From Leptogorgia sarmentosa (lineage: Eukaryota), in the NCBI GenBank assembly GCA_964658305.1, contig OZ210885.1, positions 3,224,001-3,288,000 of the forward strand: 64,000 nucleotides of DNA, read 5' to 3'. Position numbers and translations under genes: made by a program. This document shows positions 11,683-24,200 of the stretch, in pieces. The notes under the pieces were generated by a model. The model searched no databases. It had not been told where the DNA came from and worked only from the letters and a program-made list of their open reading frames with translations. Positions within the stretch are counted from its first letter, which is position 1, and each line of letters begins with the position of its first letter.

Positions 11683-14600
11683 TAACTTACTATTCGACAC
11701 ACTGCATCTGTTTCTTAAAAAAGAACGTTTTAAAACTGGATTATATTTTAGAACAGTCCCCTCGATATTCGTATCTTTTATTTTCATATATAATTTATAT
11801 TACATACATGCAGTACTTCGAGGGCAAGCAGACTTTGCATGCATAGTCTGTAATTATAACTCGAGATAATTTCGGCGTCGGTTATACAAATGAACCTTAA
11901 TAACATTTGATCTCTTGTCAGTCACACATTGTGAGTTTGGATTTTATGCCATGGTATCTTCAGTTGAAGGAACATTTATGCGGGCAGTAATACTTGTTGC
12001 TTATTTTGAGGTTATATGTGCCATTAATGCATGGGCTTTGTGCAACTGGGCGCAGGTTATAACAGCAAGGGACAAGCCAATACACTAGGCTTTAATATAA
12101 GGCGTCATCCTCGGGATGGCTTGTGTGTATATATAGGGCATGCATCCTTTTTGTCTGTTCGTACCTCTTTTAGCTTAAACTGCAGTTGATATATTTTCAT
12201 ATATATAACAATTAAGTAACGAGGCCGCGTTATCTATTTATGAGTGTAGATAGTCAATTAAGTCCAAGTAAATGAGTGATAAAACCTAAGCATGCAAAAA
12301 TTTCATTTGAAGCTAAAAAGACACTCTGAAAATGAGGCTATAAGGTATAATCTAGGAAACAAGAACACTCTTAAGCGCGCAAAATATTTTGATTTTAAAG
12401 GCTCGGTTACGATTAAATGACTATGAGCAATTATATGATTTGAATAATGTATAGCTTGCAATGTAAACAAAATTAATATGTGCTCATGCATGCAGCAATT
12501 CCGTGTATCTTAGCGTTATATTTTTCGCAAAAATCCTTGATAATTATATGCCATTCAAATTTGGTCTCTTACAATTAGGGGGGTTGGCGTTGGGATTTTC
12601 GGTTTTTCGGATTTGGTCAATTTTTAGGTCGATTTTTCGAGTTTTGTGTCAAATAACTGCGGTTTTTCGGTTTCGGAAATTTCTCCCGGTTTATACGGTT
12701 TTTGTATCTGCGCACGCAGTGACGCAGATATATTGCTATCGGGTCCGTGTGTGTGTTTGTGTGTATGTGGAAATGTTAGACACTAGGGCAAAGCAAGTTG
12801 TTGCGGGCTAAATATTACAAAATGGCGACTGATATAGGCGCGAGCTAAAGAGTGGTGATGTGTTTGATCGTGGATTTTATTTCGCATGAATAGCCAGATA
12901 AAAAGAAAATGTAATGGCCGCAGCGACGAGTATTTTGACAGAAATAGAGGTTAATTTATAAGCGTTTACGCCGTTTAGAACACTTAACGGCGTAAACGGG
13001 TTTGTGCGTTTATTAGGCCCGACACAATAACATGAAATGCGATATCATATGTCGTCAAGTTTCAATTCCTTATGCAATTTGATACATAGGCGCAGATACA
13101 TGTACACTTTGTGTACCTATTTTTAAAATTTTAGCAGTTTTCAATTGAAATAGTCATGGCCTTTCGGATTTGGTCTGGAATGTAATTTTCGGTTTCTATA
13201 CCAGTCTGTTTACTTGGAAACTTCATAGAAAACTATTAATGATCTACAGAAAATTTCTGAAGAAACATTTCTAAATTTTAAAACAAATTGTTGGAGAATT
13301 TGCTCTGAAATTAAAGTTAACCCAGGGTTAAACTAACCGGCTTTTGAACAAAATCGGCCGCTGATTGCAAACAGATAGGGGCGGCTAAGTCACATGGCAT
13401 CGGTGCAATTGTATTGAAAATTGATTCAGGCTAAACATTTATATATATCTAAAGATCACAGAGAGGAGGCAAAGTACGAACGATTTATTAATTATTCTTA
13501 TATCGGATCGCTTTGTTAGTTGCGTTACTATTTAACATGTTGAACAATACTATGGACTGTTGCATATGACTTGCATTGTGTAATGTATGTTAGTTACCTT
13601 TAGTTTTTTGCTATTATTCCGAACTCGCACGACTGATGAACATTGAATATAGTTTGAAATAAAACATCTGTTATTACTATCTCCGCGCTATTCAACTGAA
13701 ATCAGCGAAGTTCGAAACTCCTGAAGCCTCTCGCGCTAAGTCAACCCCCCCCCCCCCCCCCCCCCCCCAGTAGGTCCAAGAATTGAAACTCAATATCTGC
13801 AAAGCCCTAAACTCAAGATTGACGCTTCCAGCAAACCGCTAACCAAAAGGGGCAAACTTCAAATCGTATTTTAAAGTAAGTTCTTCGGCAGGAAAGTGGA
13901 TTATTCACGCTTAAATTTTCATTTACAAACCACCCCAACTTCGGACAACGAACAGTTGATATCAATGTGCGAGAATTGAAGTTTGCCGTTTGCGGTTGAC
14001 GTCAATCTAAAGTGCCTAATGTCAGTTTCACACTTTGTGTTTGTGTTCTTTGACAGGAAACCAAGCACTTCGTCCATCAAATTTGATCTCAAGTCACAAC
14101 GTTGATCTTTTGGCAGAATGTCATCTTCACTGTGTAAATGCAGACAATTGCTACGGTTGTAACTTCAGAGTCAGACCTAGCAGTATTTATACAGTCAACT
14201 GCCAGTTGAGTAACAGCTCCGTGAAAATGAACATGACAAAGATGAGGAATGGAAGTTGGAATTTCTACGAGGATGTTTTGGTAAGAATAAACATAATCCT
14301 GAATTGTGAGGGATTTGTACAGGGATATTGGAGGAAAATTCTACGTCTATAAAACGGGCCTTGTTGAACTCGTCGCTGCACGATTTTCTTACCGTAAATT
14401 TTGTCACCCCATAGGTCACTAAAGGTAAGCAAAAATTATGAATTGATGCAGAGTCGTTCAATACAGGTAAACGCATAAATAAATACACATGCATAAATAA
14501 ACTTTCTACGTATATATATTGAAAGATGAGACAAGATTCAACTTTTCAAGCAAAGGATCTTCTTGGGAGGGAGGATAATTGTCAATGCTAAGTTGAATTT

Positions 14601-17600
14601 TGTTGTATCGTTTAGACAGTGGACGGAATCTTGATGTAGGCTACTATAATCCTATTGTTTACTACCTATGCTATATACGTACCTAAAAATTGTTATTTAT
14701 TATCATAAGACTTAGTGTTATATAGAATGCTTTGGTCTGAACAGCCTTTGTTTCTTTAGCTTTGTCCTTGGACTTGCATGTAACTTTTGACTGCCTAAGT
14801 TTGGCAAGGACCTATTAGTACAGTCGAATTGGAAAATTTTCACGATATTAATTTTGATTATTTCAGACAATGATGAATGTTCTCAGGAAAGTCACAAATG
14901 TCATTTCAATGCAACATGTATCAACACTCCAGGTTCTTACGACTGTCAGTGTACTCGTGGATACACTGGAAATGGCCGCACTTGTGCAGGTACATGATAT
15001 TTGTGATAAAAATTGTAACTAGTAGCATTGCTAAAGGTGCATATAAGTAGGATGCGCTATTGCAACGTTCACATTTACTTTCAGACAATCAGACCACATC
15101 AACTTGAATTAGATTAATGAGCTCGTTCATTTTGTCATTATGTTACAGATATTGACGAATGTCGGGACAATTCCACACATTGCGACTCGAATGCAATCTG
15201 TACAAATACTGACGGTTCATACAAATGTAAATGCAATCAAGGTTACCGAGGAAATGGACAGAATTGTACAGGTAAATATCGAAACTGTTGTTTTGTATAA
15301 TGGTAGCAATCTACAGGCAGGGCGCTTCAGATAAAATTTGGGCCCAGGAGAAAGTAAACTTGGGGACTGCATGTGAAGTCAGAAGTGTGAAGTTTCGTGA
15401 CACTGATTTGCTGCCGGTCTACAAACGTCTTGGAAATTAGACTAAACAATCATTTGAGAACAGCGATTCTATTTTAAAACAACTTCATATACTATATATA
15501 TTTCATTTAAATTGCCTTTTGCTAGCGCTTCCTCTGTCGCGTTACATTATTCAGACGAATTGTAAAGTGATGTATGATATAACTTCTCAATTTATTCCCT
15601 AAAGCAGTAATAACGCGCGTTTAACAAAAAAAGAGCGGTTTCTTTTGGTATCGTATGCTAATATATTATGAGCACTTTAATATAGTGCTGTGCACTGACA
15701 AGTACATATAGTATTAAAGCAGGGACGTAAATAGCGAAGATGGCTGGGGTGAGGTGTTCATGAAAATCAGACCGACCAATTGCTGATATGCGAATTTAGA
15801 CCGACTACAGCTAAAACTAGTTAATACTACCAATAACTGTTTTCAACGAAAAATATATATACAATGTATTTTATAGTTGTGATGTAACGGTTTGTAGTTT
15901 GTAGCAACGGTTAAAGAGGTGTAGCCATCCAAAGATATTCGGTCGGTCTCATCAAGTACCTTTAATTGTTTATGATTTATTTTCAGACTAAGTCTAATCA
16001 ATTTTTAGACCGACTATAACATATTACTGGCGGGAGGGGGTATGTTTCACCCCCCCCTCCCTCACACCCCACCACCACAGTTACGCCCCAGAGCTCATAT
16101 GCGCAGTCTTGCTACGGAACGAAGCTAATACGAGCATGCATGCGTCATTAGTATTGTGTACTTGTTTACATCTTAATGTCATTATATGAATTGGAATATT
16201 ATAATTTTTCTTGTTAATACATTCATTCAAATTTACTTCTCCATTCTGGAACTTTTTCCCATTTGAAGTATACGATATGTATTTCGGTGATCATGGCCGC
16301 GCAAATACGTTGATATTTTTATTCATGTATGAGAAACTGCTTGGACATTAAGGAAATCTAACTTTCGTTAGCTTTTTAGACAGTCATTTATTTGCGATCT
16401 AGTTCCATAAGTTTTATTCAAACAGGTCATGAAATTAGTTGATCACTGTATGCTCGCTTGTCAGCAATCCCTTTTTCTTCCATCGATGTTTCTTATAGTT
16501 ATTCAGTTGTTAACGAATCTATGATTCTTGCAGCTAATTATGGTGAAGCATCGAAGAGTACAATAAAGAGCAGAAATATAAAATAATTTAGACAAGATCT
16601 AGAAACAAAATAAATAACTTCGTAAAATTTTATTTAATTTGTTTAACTTCGTCATTTGTTTCAAGAAATTTGTTAAACTGAAAAATTTATGACTTTCCTA
16701 TTTTTAATTTTTCAGATATTGACGAATGTTCTGAAAGCAGCCATGGCTGTCACGCTGACGCAACCTGTAACAACACTCAAGGATCATACAATTGCACGTG
16801 TCCCAGTGGAAAATATTGCAAGAACATCAAAGGTGATTTATTTTGTAGTGAGATTAATATGTATTCAAGTTTCTTTGGTCAATTGTTAAGAGTGTGGAGA
16901 TGTGTTTCCATGAGTGCAAGGAACGTTAAATTCCTTTATCGAATGTTAATTTTTGTCTAAACAAAATAATTGGTTTAATAATAATAATAATCAGCATTGA
17001 TTTTCTATATTCCTGTCTGACATTGTTTGGGTAAATTTATATTCACTCAGACGTGTCAGGGATATTGAAAAATGAACCAAACGAATTCGAAAAGAAATTG
17101 GAAGAATGGGTGCCGAAAACAGGAGATTGGAGTATTTGTTGGCGAGCAACGCGAGATGGTTGGGCTGCGAGTACATTTCATTCAAATTGTGATGGAAAAT
17201 CACCAACCATAACTATCGTTCAAGTTATCAAAAACAGCAAAAAGTTTGTTTTCGGCGGTTATGCTACAGTGCCATGAGGGAGCTCCAGTAAGTTTGAAAT
17301 GATTACAGTTATGTGAGTTATTAATTTAATCATGTATTAGGTTCTTATAATCTTCTCTTCGCTCCATCTTAACTGACTCTTACTGAACGACTATTTCATT
17401 AATTGGATTTGTTACCTGCATGGTCCGGCAATGACTACAATTATTGTGATACAAACATTTGTTTATCAAATTTGACAAAAACACGATAAGAATCTGCTAA
17501 AAGTTTGTCTCAGGCTTCAAGGTGAAAAATCTGAATGCGTTATCATGCATTTTGATGCATGCATGACATTTTGTTTAAATCCTGGAGTTATTTATGAATG

Positions 17601-18129
17601 TACAGTGCCCTGTAGTATAAAATGAATTGCCAGTATATATACCATGATACCGTTCTGTCTTTAAACATGCAGCTATAGATGTCCAGGTAAATTTACAACT
17701 TCAATAATATGAACCAGCATACTTTTTAACTTTGGTTTACAGGGACTTTTCATCATTTCAATTTTATGCCTGAATGAGATAGCAGGGAGATTATTTAAAA
17801 TCTGCCTCGTATAAAGGAGTGCCATCTGAAATGGGATTCGAGTAATTAAATACGCGTATTATTAGTAGGTGGTTTTCCACCAATGTGTTCATGTTTAGCC
17901 TACGTGGCACAATGTTAATTTAGCTCTTTATACCGGACCGGTGTTAATTTAACAATTTATCACATCAAATTTACTCATTATGGAGAAAAAATTAAATCTT
18001 CATTCAGGGAGTTAAGGTCGTTTAATTTCTCCCATTCACACTGGCACCGCCCGCTCGAAATTTTCGGGATTGCTTTGAAACTGATGATCTTTATCACGAC
18101 TGAAATACCCGATAACTAAGAGACAGAAC

Positions 18130-18455
18130 CAGGGGCCGCGGAAGCACCTCAAAAGTGCGGGGGGTGGGGAGGGGGGGCACATTAAAAAAAGGGCACGGAT
18201 GAAAAAGGGCACTTTCCTTTCAAAAAAGGCACATTTACCCTTTGTCCAAAATTGTGGGGGGTGGGGCACTTGCCCCCAATGCCGTAAAATACTGACATTA
18301 ATGATTAATTACATTATTATATCAAGCGCACACTATATGACACAAAAGGCCCTATATAACACAAAAAGGGCACAAATCTAATCGAAAAAAGGGCATATTT
18401 TCTCGTTTTCAAAAAGTGGGGGAGAACCGTGCCCCTGTACCCCCCCCTGTTCCGC
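18130..18455. mobile_element. hAT-like MITE with truncated right end in the last intron of copy B
   Basis: caggggccgcggaa ... ttccgc; absent from paralogous introns (agacagagc.gtaatcatatc). Confidence 0.6.
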
Positions 18456-18504
18456 AGTAATCATATCTGACCAAGGATTATTGTGTTTATTTTGACAGAT
18501 GGTG

Positions 18505-19404
18505 CAGGGGTGGCGCCAGAAATTCCCCGACAGGGGGGCTATGGACCCCGACAGGGGGGCTGAGCCATTATGCTCTCGTGGCCACGCCCCAAAGTTGTTA
18601 TTTAAACGTTACATTTCCCATGCAATTTTGACAACGTGTAGAATGGTATAATACACTATTAAACTATCGTACATATAGTTTAATAATTCTATACCAATGA
18701 ATGAACAATTTACAAATTGAAAACAGAAAGCTAGGAACCGTATGAGGAATTCATCAAATGAATTTCTTTGTACTATAAATGAATTGATGGAAGACTTTAG
18801 GAAGTAATTTGTATTAGCTTTTTAGAATATTTTACAGCAATTACTATAAAACACATATAAACAGGCAACATTAACAGAAAAATATCACGCCATGGAATGT
18901 TCAACATTACGTTCAGAGTGCAATTCTACATTTAGGAAACCTAGCTTTGAACCTGTCAACTACAGTGTCTAAGTCCAGTTTGCTCCCTCGATCGCGATGA
19001 ATTCCTAGCATCATCAGGCTGTCTAAACGTTCCTGTGCCATCACTGATCGAAGATCGTTCTTTATTAGCCGCATTGAGCTGAAGGTCCGGAAAGCGACTG
19101 GCGACAGCGGTTATAACGCGCGCAAACTTTTATTTAAAGTTTAATTAAAGTATCTGTTCTCTGACATAAGATAAGGATTGGTAAAACGTTTTATCTTGTA
19201 CAACGTTCATAAGACAATATCTGTCAGAAGACATAATTCTAATGGCTACAAGCGTATAAGTACAACTGTCGTAACTTTCATCTTAATAATATATCTCCTG
19301 TTCTGTTCCCCGACGAATTGTCAGATTTTCCCCGACAGGGGGGCTAGGGTTCCCCGACGGGGGGGCTGTAGCCCCCCCTGCCCCCCCCTCTGGCGCCACC
19401 CCTG
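18505..19404 (-). mobile_element. Internally deleted hAT DNA transposon (900 bp)
   Basis: 16-bp TIR CAGGGGTGGCGCCAGA, 8-bp TSD AGATGGTG (18497-18504, 19405-19412); minus-strand remnant 18913-19083 FSSMRLIKNDLRSVMAQERLDSLMMLGIHRD resembles the hAT C-terminal dimerisation domain. Confidence 0.9.
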
Positions 19405-21137
19405 AGATGGTGATTACACATCTGCTCCAGGATCATTTTTGTTTTCTCTGCGCAATAAGGATAACCTTCCACCATTCAAGGCTCCGCTGAATGGCCGGAA
19501 TGACGGGTATGCAATTTGGCATCACAGTGGATATGGACCAGTATTTGGTGGTGGTAGCGACTTGTACATTGCCAACGATGCGAAATCAAACACAAACTCC
19601 TACACGAATTTTGGCCACACCTACCAAGCTCCATCTGGATACACTTACGGCCAAGCCAACACAAAATCCCTCCTGGCAGGAAGCTATTCCTTCACTCCAT
19701 CAGAAATCGAAGTCTTATATCTAAATTAAAAACCTACTAGTTATGCTACACCATAAAGTAATTTAAATAAAGTACCACGATATTATAATGATTTAACCGT
19801 ATATGATGCCTACTATCATTTAAACCCTGTGCTCTGTAAAACGCACCACTATTAACTTAAAAATTTTTGATTTAATGCGAAGTTTCCTACGCAGGCTCAA
19901 GCAAACATATTAACTATTGACTAGAAGAAAAACTAAATATTTCAGTCTAAACATAACAGTCATGTTTAATTGTTCACAAAATGAATGGGGGAGTATTTTC
20001 GGGGGGGGGGGGTGGGGAGGGGTATGCCGTTGGGGAAAACGTAATTCCAGCACAGTTGACAAAATATTAACTTTATTAGACAATATAACATGAATAATAC
20101 GATGAAAATCATTATCCTATATGATGTATTCCAATTCCAAAGCCCAAATCGAATATGTATTATACAACGAAAGAGGTATAATATTACACCAGGAAAATGC
20201 CATTTCAGACGATCTAGAGATGTATCCAAATGTCTGTCAACCCCCCCCCCTCCCCCCACTTCAAATGTTGTTTGGCAGGTCCTGTCGGACAAAATATATT
20301 GTGCCCCCCCCTCCCCCCCCAAACAAAATTGGGGCCGTACGCTCATGGATTCAGCTGGTCCCTTGGAGTTAAACTAACTGATGCCTTATTTGCAATTTTT
20401 TGTATTTTTACTTAGGAATTCACAGGGATTTGAGGTATTGAACATTACACTATATACAAATACAAACACACATATATCCAATATATTATTTTTCTTTTAT
20501 ATTGTGCATAATGGGAAGATGATTGATATCTTACGTAAGGATCGAAAATGGTATTTACGTTATCAATGTTGTGCAGCTAATGTTATTTATCTTCCGAATT
20601 CCCACAACCTGCATATTTAAACTAATTTATTATGTTATTCAGCTGCGTAGCAGTTAAGTGTAGAGCATCACGTGTGAAAAACGTGCGATTTCACGGCTGA
20701 TAATTTTATGAATTTGGGAAGTTTACAATACAGCTGAAAAAAATATTTTTAGCTCATTGACATATTTACACAGGACCCACGTTTCGTTGCCAGCCTATAT
20801 ATATATATATACTGCAACAGGGCCTGCACTCAAAATTCAAACATGCATGCAGGTCATTTACAGGTGTTATTTTCGATAGAGTTTTGTCGGGGGGAGGAAA
20901 CCTAAACAAAATTTACTTGTTCTATATAGCTCAAACTGTTTTTCTTAACGCAGTCTATATTTTATATTATATAAATATCAGCAAGAATTAAATGTTCTAC
21001 TCGCCACCTAAAACATTTCGAGCAAAGGCGTGTTTTCTCTCGACCTCCCAAACTAGGCCCAATTCTTCACGAATCTGAACGGGAAATTCACCTCGAACAG
21101 GGGATCTGCATGACGGGATATTGGCAACCGGCTCAAG

Positions 21138-21173
21138 TGACGTCAGAACATTATGATACGAAGAATATAAATA
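21138..21173 (+). promoter_or_regulatory. Putative core promoter of copy C: CRE (TGACGTCA 21138-21145) and TATA (TATAAATA 21166-21173)
   Basis: Motifs 60-100 bp upstream of the ATG; TATA-like boxes lie at similar distances before B (~10752) and D (~36487). Confidence 0.4.
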
Positions 21174-21235
21174 ACCCAACACCCGCGTCTCATTCAGAAA
21201 GTAAAGTTTGGGCAATGAACGAAATATTTCGGAAA

Positions 21236-24200
21236 ATGGAGTTTCTTTTGTTTTTATCGGTGATGCTGCCATTGATCACTGCTTTGAGACCTTCAGAAGA
21301 CGGAAAACCATGTACTCAGAGACATTTCAAGATGGCCTGTTCGGGTAATTATTTCAACATTATTACTTTCCACTTTTAATTGGCTTTTTGACGCCTTCGT
21401 AAAACGTCGAACTGATATGATATTACGCTACCACGAAATTACTTTTTTATTGTCTATTCCAATTACGAAGTTGTTGGAAAAATTTTTAACGGAATCCTAC
21501 ATTTTATCTTGGGGATGAATTTTCTTATCATTTGGATAGAGACGATAAAGAATATTGTTTTTGTCTCAAGTGTTCATACTTTTGTCATTCTTGCAGAAAT
21601 AATAATATAAAAATCACTTAATTACTGGGTGTGAAAATCTAATTATAAGGCTGATAAAATATACAGTATAGTGATATTGAGCCATTGAATTGGGCACATG
21701 CAAGAACAACAGGTTGCGTGCTTGCACTGTAAGTCAAAAACAATGTTAAATTCACGACCTATTTATGGAATTGCATCTTCACGTGACAGCGAAAAATTTT
21801 ATTTTAGTTTTGCAGTCAGCGCCATCCTATGTATTGTCGTTAGTTTTTTGTTGTTCATTTCTAAATTATTTTTATTAATTTTTTCCCTCAGCACGCTTTT
21901 TATTTTGTATGTTTTGAAGTCCTTGTGCGGAAATGTTAAATAGAATGTGTTTGACAATAACACAAAATACACTGAGAATATATGGACACAACGTCATTTA
22001 TTTATGTGCAAGTTTGAGAATGCTAAAGCGTGCGTTCCACAGACGATACAATGCTTATTTAATATTTGGCCAAAACAGCAAACAGGTTGATAAACTAAAG
22101 TTTTATAGAACTCGCAGATAGTGTAAATGCGCGACTTGGTGTTCGGTTCAACAAACATTTACAGACACTAATGGACGTCTGGGTTTCATATTAATTTTTG
22201 ACCTTATTTGTCGTTTCAGACTGAAATCCTTGCACAACTGGGCGCTGGTGCATGTATGATAAGAGAAACTTAGACTCATGATTTGTTGGTCGATAAACTA
22301 AAGTTTTGTACAACTCGCAGATCTTGTAAATGCGCGACTTCGTATTCGGTTCACATTCATATGTGTTTCTTTTAATTTTTCTGACAGACTGAAATCCTTG
22401 CCCAACTGGGCGCGGGTGCATGTATGATAAGAGAAACAGTTGGTCGTAAAATTCATCCAAAATAAATGTTCAGCTAAGCTAGAGCTGTGTGCATTACAAA
22501 TGTTACAAATATATACTTTGAATACAGATATACTTAGTATATACTTTGCATAACTTGACGCAGGTGCATGCATAAATAAGACAAACTTAGACTAAGACCT
22601 GTCGGTCGTAAAATACATCCGAATTAAATGTTCAGCTGAGATACGTACATTATAAATAATTATTTTAAATACTACATGTTTTAGACTGGAATGTACTTTG
22701 AACAACTGGGCAACTGACATATCGCAAATATGTCCATGCTAAAGCTCTATAAAACAGCTATACTTTAACCCTATTTTTATTTGATAGCTCCAAAACTTCA
22801 TTTCCTACAGAGGCGCATACGTCTTCCATGAGTGTCAATTTCAACGCAATCTTGTGTTTTTTGACAGGAAACCAAGCACTTCGCCCATCAAACTTGATCT
22901 CAAGTCACAACGTTGATCTTTTGGCAGAATGTCATCTTCACTGTGTAAATGCAAGCAATTGCTACGGTTATAACTTCAGAGTCAGACCTAGCAGTATTTA
23001 TACAACCAACTGCCAGTTGAGTAACAGCTCCGTGAAAATGAACATGACAAAGATGAGGAATGGAAGTTGGAATTTCTACGAGGATGTTTTGGTAAGAATA
23101 ATATAACCAGCAAATGATCCTATATTCCACGAAAATTCGGGCCTCATTTAACTCATCGCTGTACAATTCTCTTACCGTAAATTTTGTCACCCTATAGGTC
23201 ACTAAAGGTAAGCGAAAATTATGAATTAATGCAGAGTCGTTCAATACAGGTAAACGCATAAATAAATACATGCATAAACTTTCTACGTATATATATTGAA
23301 AGATGAGACAAGATTCAACTTTTCAAGCAAAGGAGGATAGTTGTCAATGCTAAGTTGAATTTTGTTTTATCGTTTACATAGTTGACGGAAAATTGATGTA
23401 CTATAATTTGCTACTGTTCGTTACCTATACTGGTCACATACGTATATCAAAATTATTCTGTAGCTAAATGTCGGCCGAGGTTACAAGTCCTTATTATGAG
23501 AATATTCAACATTCCTACTAAACCAAACATTTTAGGAAATAATTTTTGTATTGCTAAAGGATATATTCCATATATTGGTAATGAGGGGGCGGTGCCCCCA
23601 TCCCAATTCAGCTTCAGCCCCATCCCGCCCCCCCCCCCCCTCCACCCCCACAAAAAGAAATCCTGGTAAAAATCACGATATTTTAATTATTTCAGACATT
23701 GACGAATGTGCTCAGGATAGTCGCACATGTCATCCCAATGCAACATGTATCAACACTCCAGGTTCTTACGACTGTCAGTGTAGAAGTGGATACACTGGAA
23801 ATGGCCGCACTTGCGCAGGTATTGCTCATGATGCTTGTCATAAAAATGTAACCAGTTGCAATACTTATTTATTTATTAACTTTGCCAGATTTGAACAACG
23901 TTAACTCAAAAACTGGCAGGGCCTTCGCAACAGCTTGCGCCAATTACTGCGATCCCTAAATGTTAGACAAATACACTATATACGTACATAGAAAGAATTA
24001 ATTACTAACGAACTATCAGATGCAACTTTTCACATTGCGACCCGCAGAACCACTTCCATTTAGGAAGCAGTCTGGATTAGAAGACGTTCAAACCTTCACG
24101 ATCCTAAACCTATTGCAACGTTTACAAATAATCCAAGTTACTTTCAGACAATCAGACCACATTGACTTGAATTGCTCCAGTTTTCGTTATCATGTTGCAG

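Larger units (their letters stand above)
10838..19729 (+). pseudogene. Copy B of secreted PAN-EGF(x3)-TLDc gene; exons 10838-10949, 14057-14280, 14415-14424, 14867-14989, 15149-15271, 16716-16832, 17051-17287, 18499/19407-19729
   Basis: GT-AG exons with consistent phases; signal peptide MNFLALLMVMFPMSIA; TGA at 17275-17277 where paralogs have TGG; hAT insertion at the start of the last exon. Confidence 0.8.

Noticed and set aside
13745..13768. Long poly-C/poly-G runs throughout the window as G-quadruplex elements
   Set aside because: Mostly associated with MITE remnants; homopolymer lengths are unreliable in assemblies
17275..17277. In-frame TGA as selenocysteine or programmed readthrough
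   Set aside because: Aligns with Trp (TGG) in all paralogs, not Cys; a single transition explains it; no SECIS recognised
22086..22640. CRISPR-like repeat-spacer array
   Set aside because: Eukaryotic intron with long degenerate units, no fixed repeat/unique spacer pattern and no cas genes
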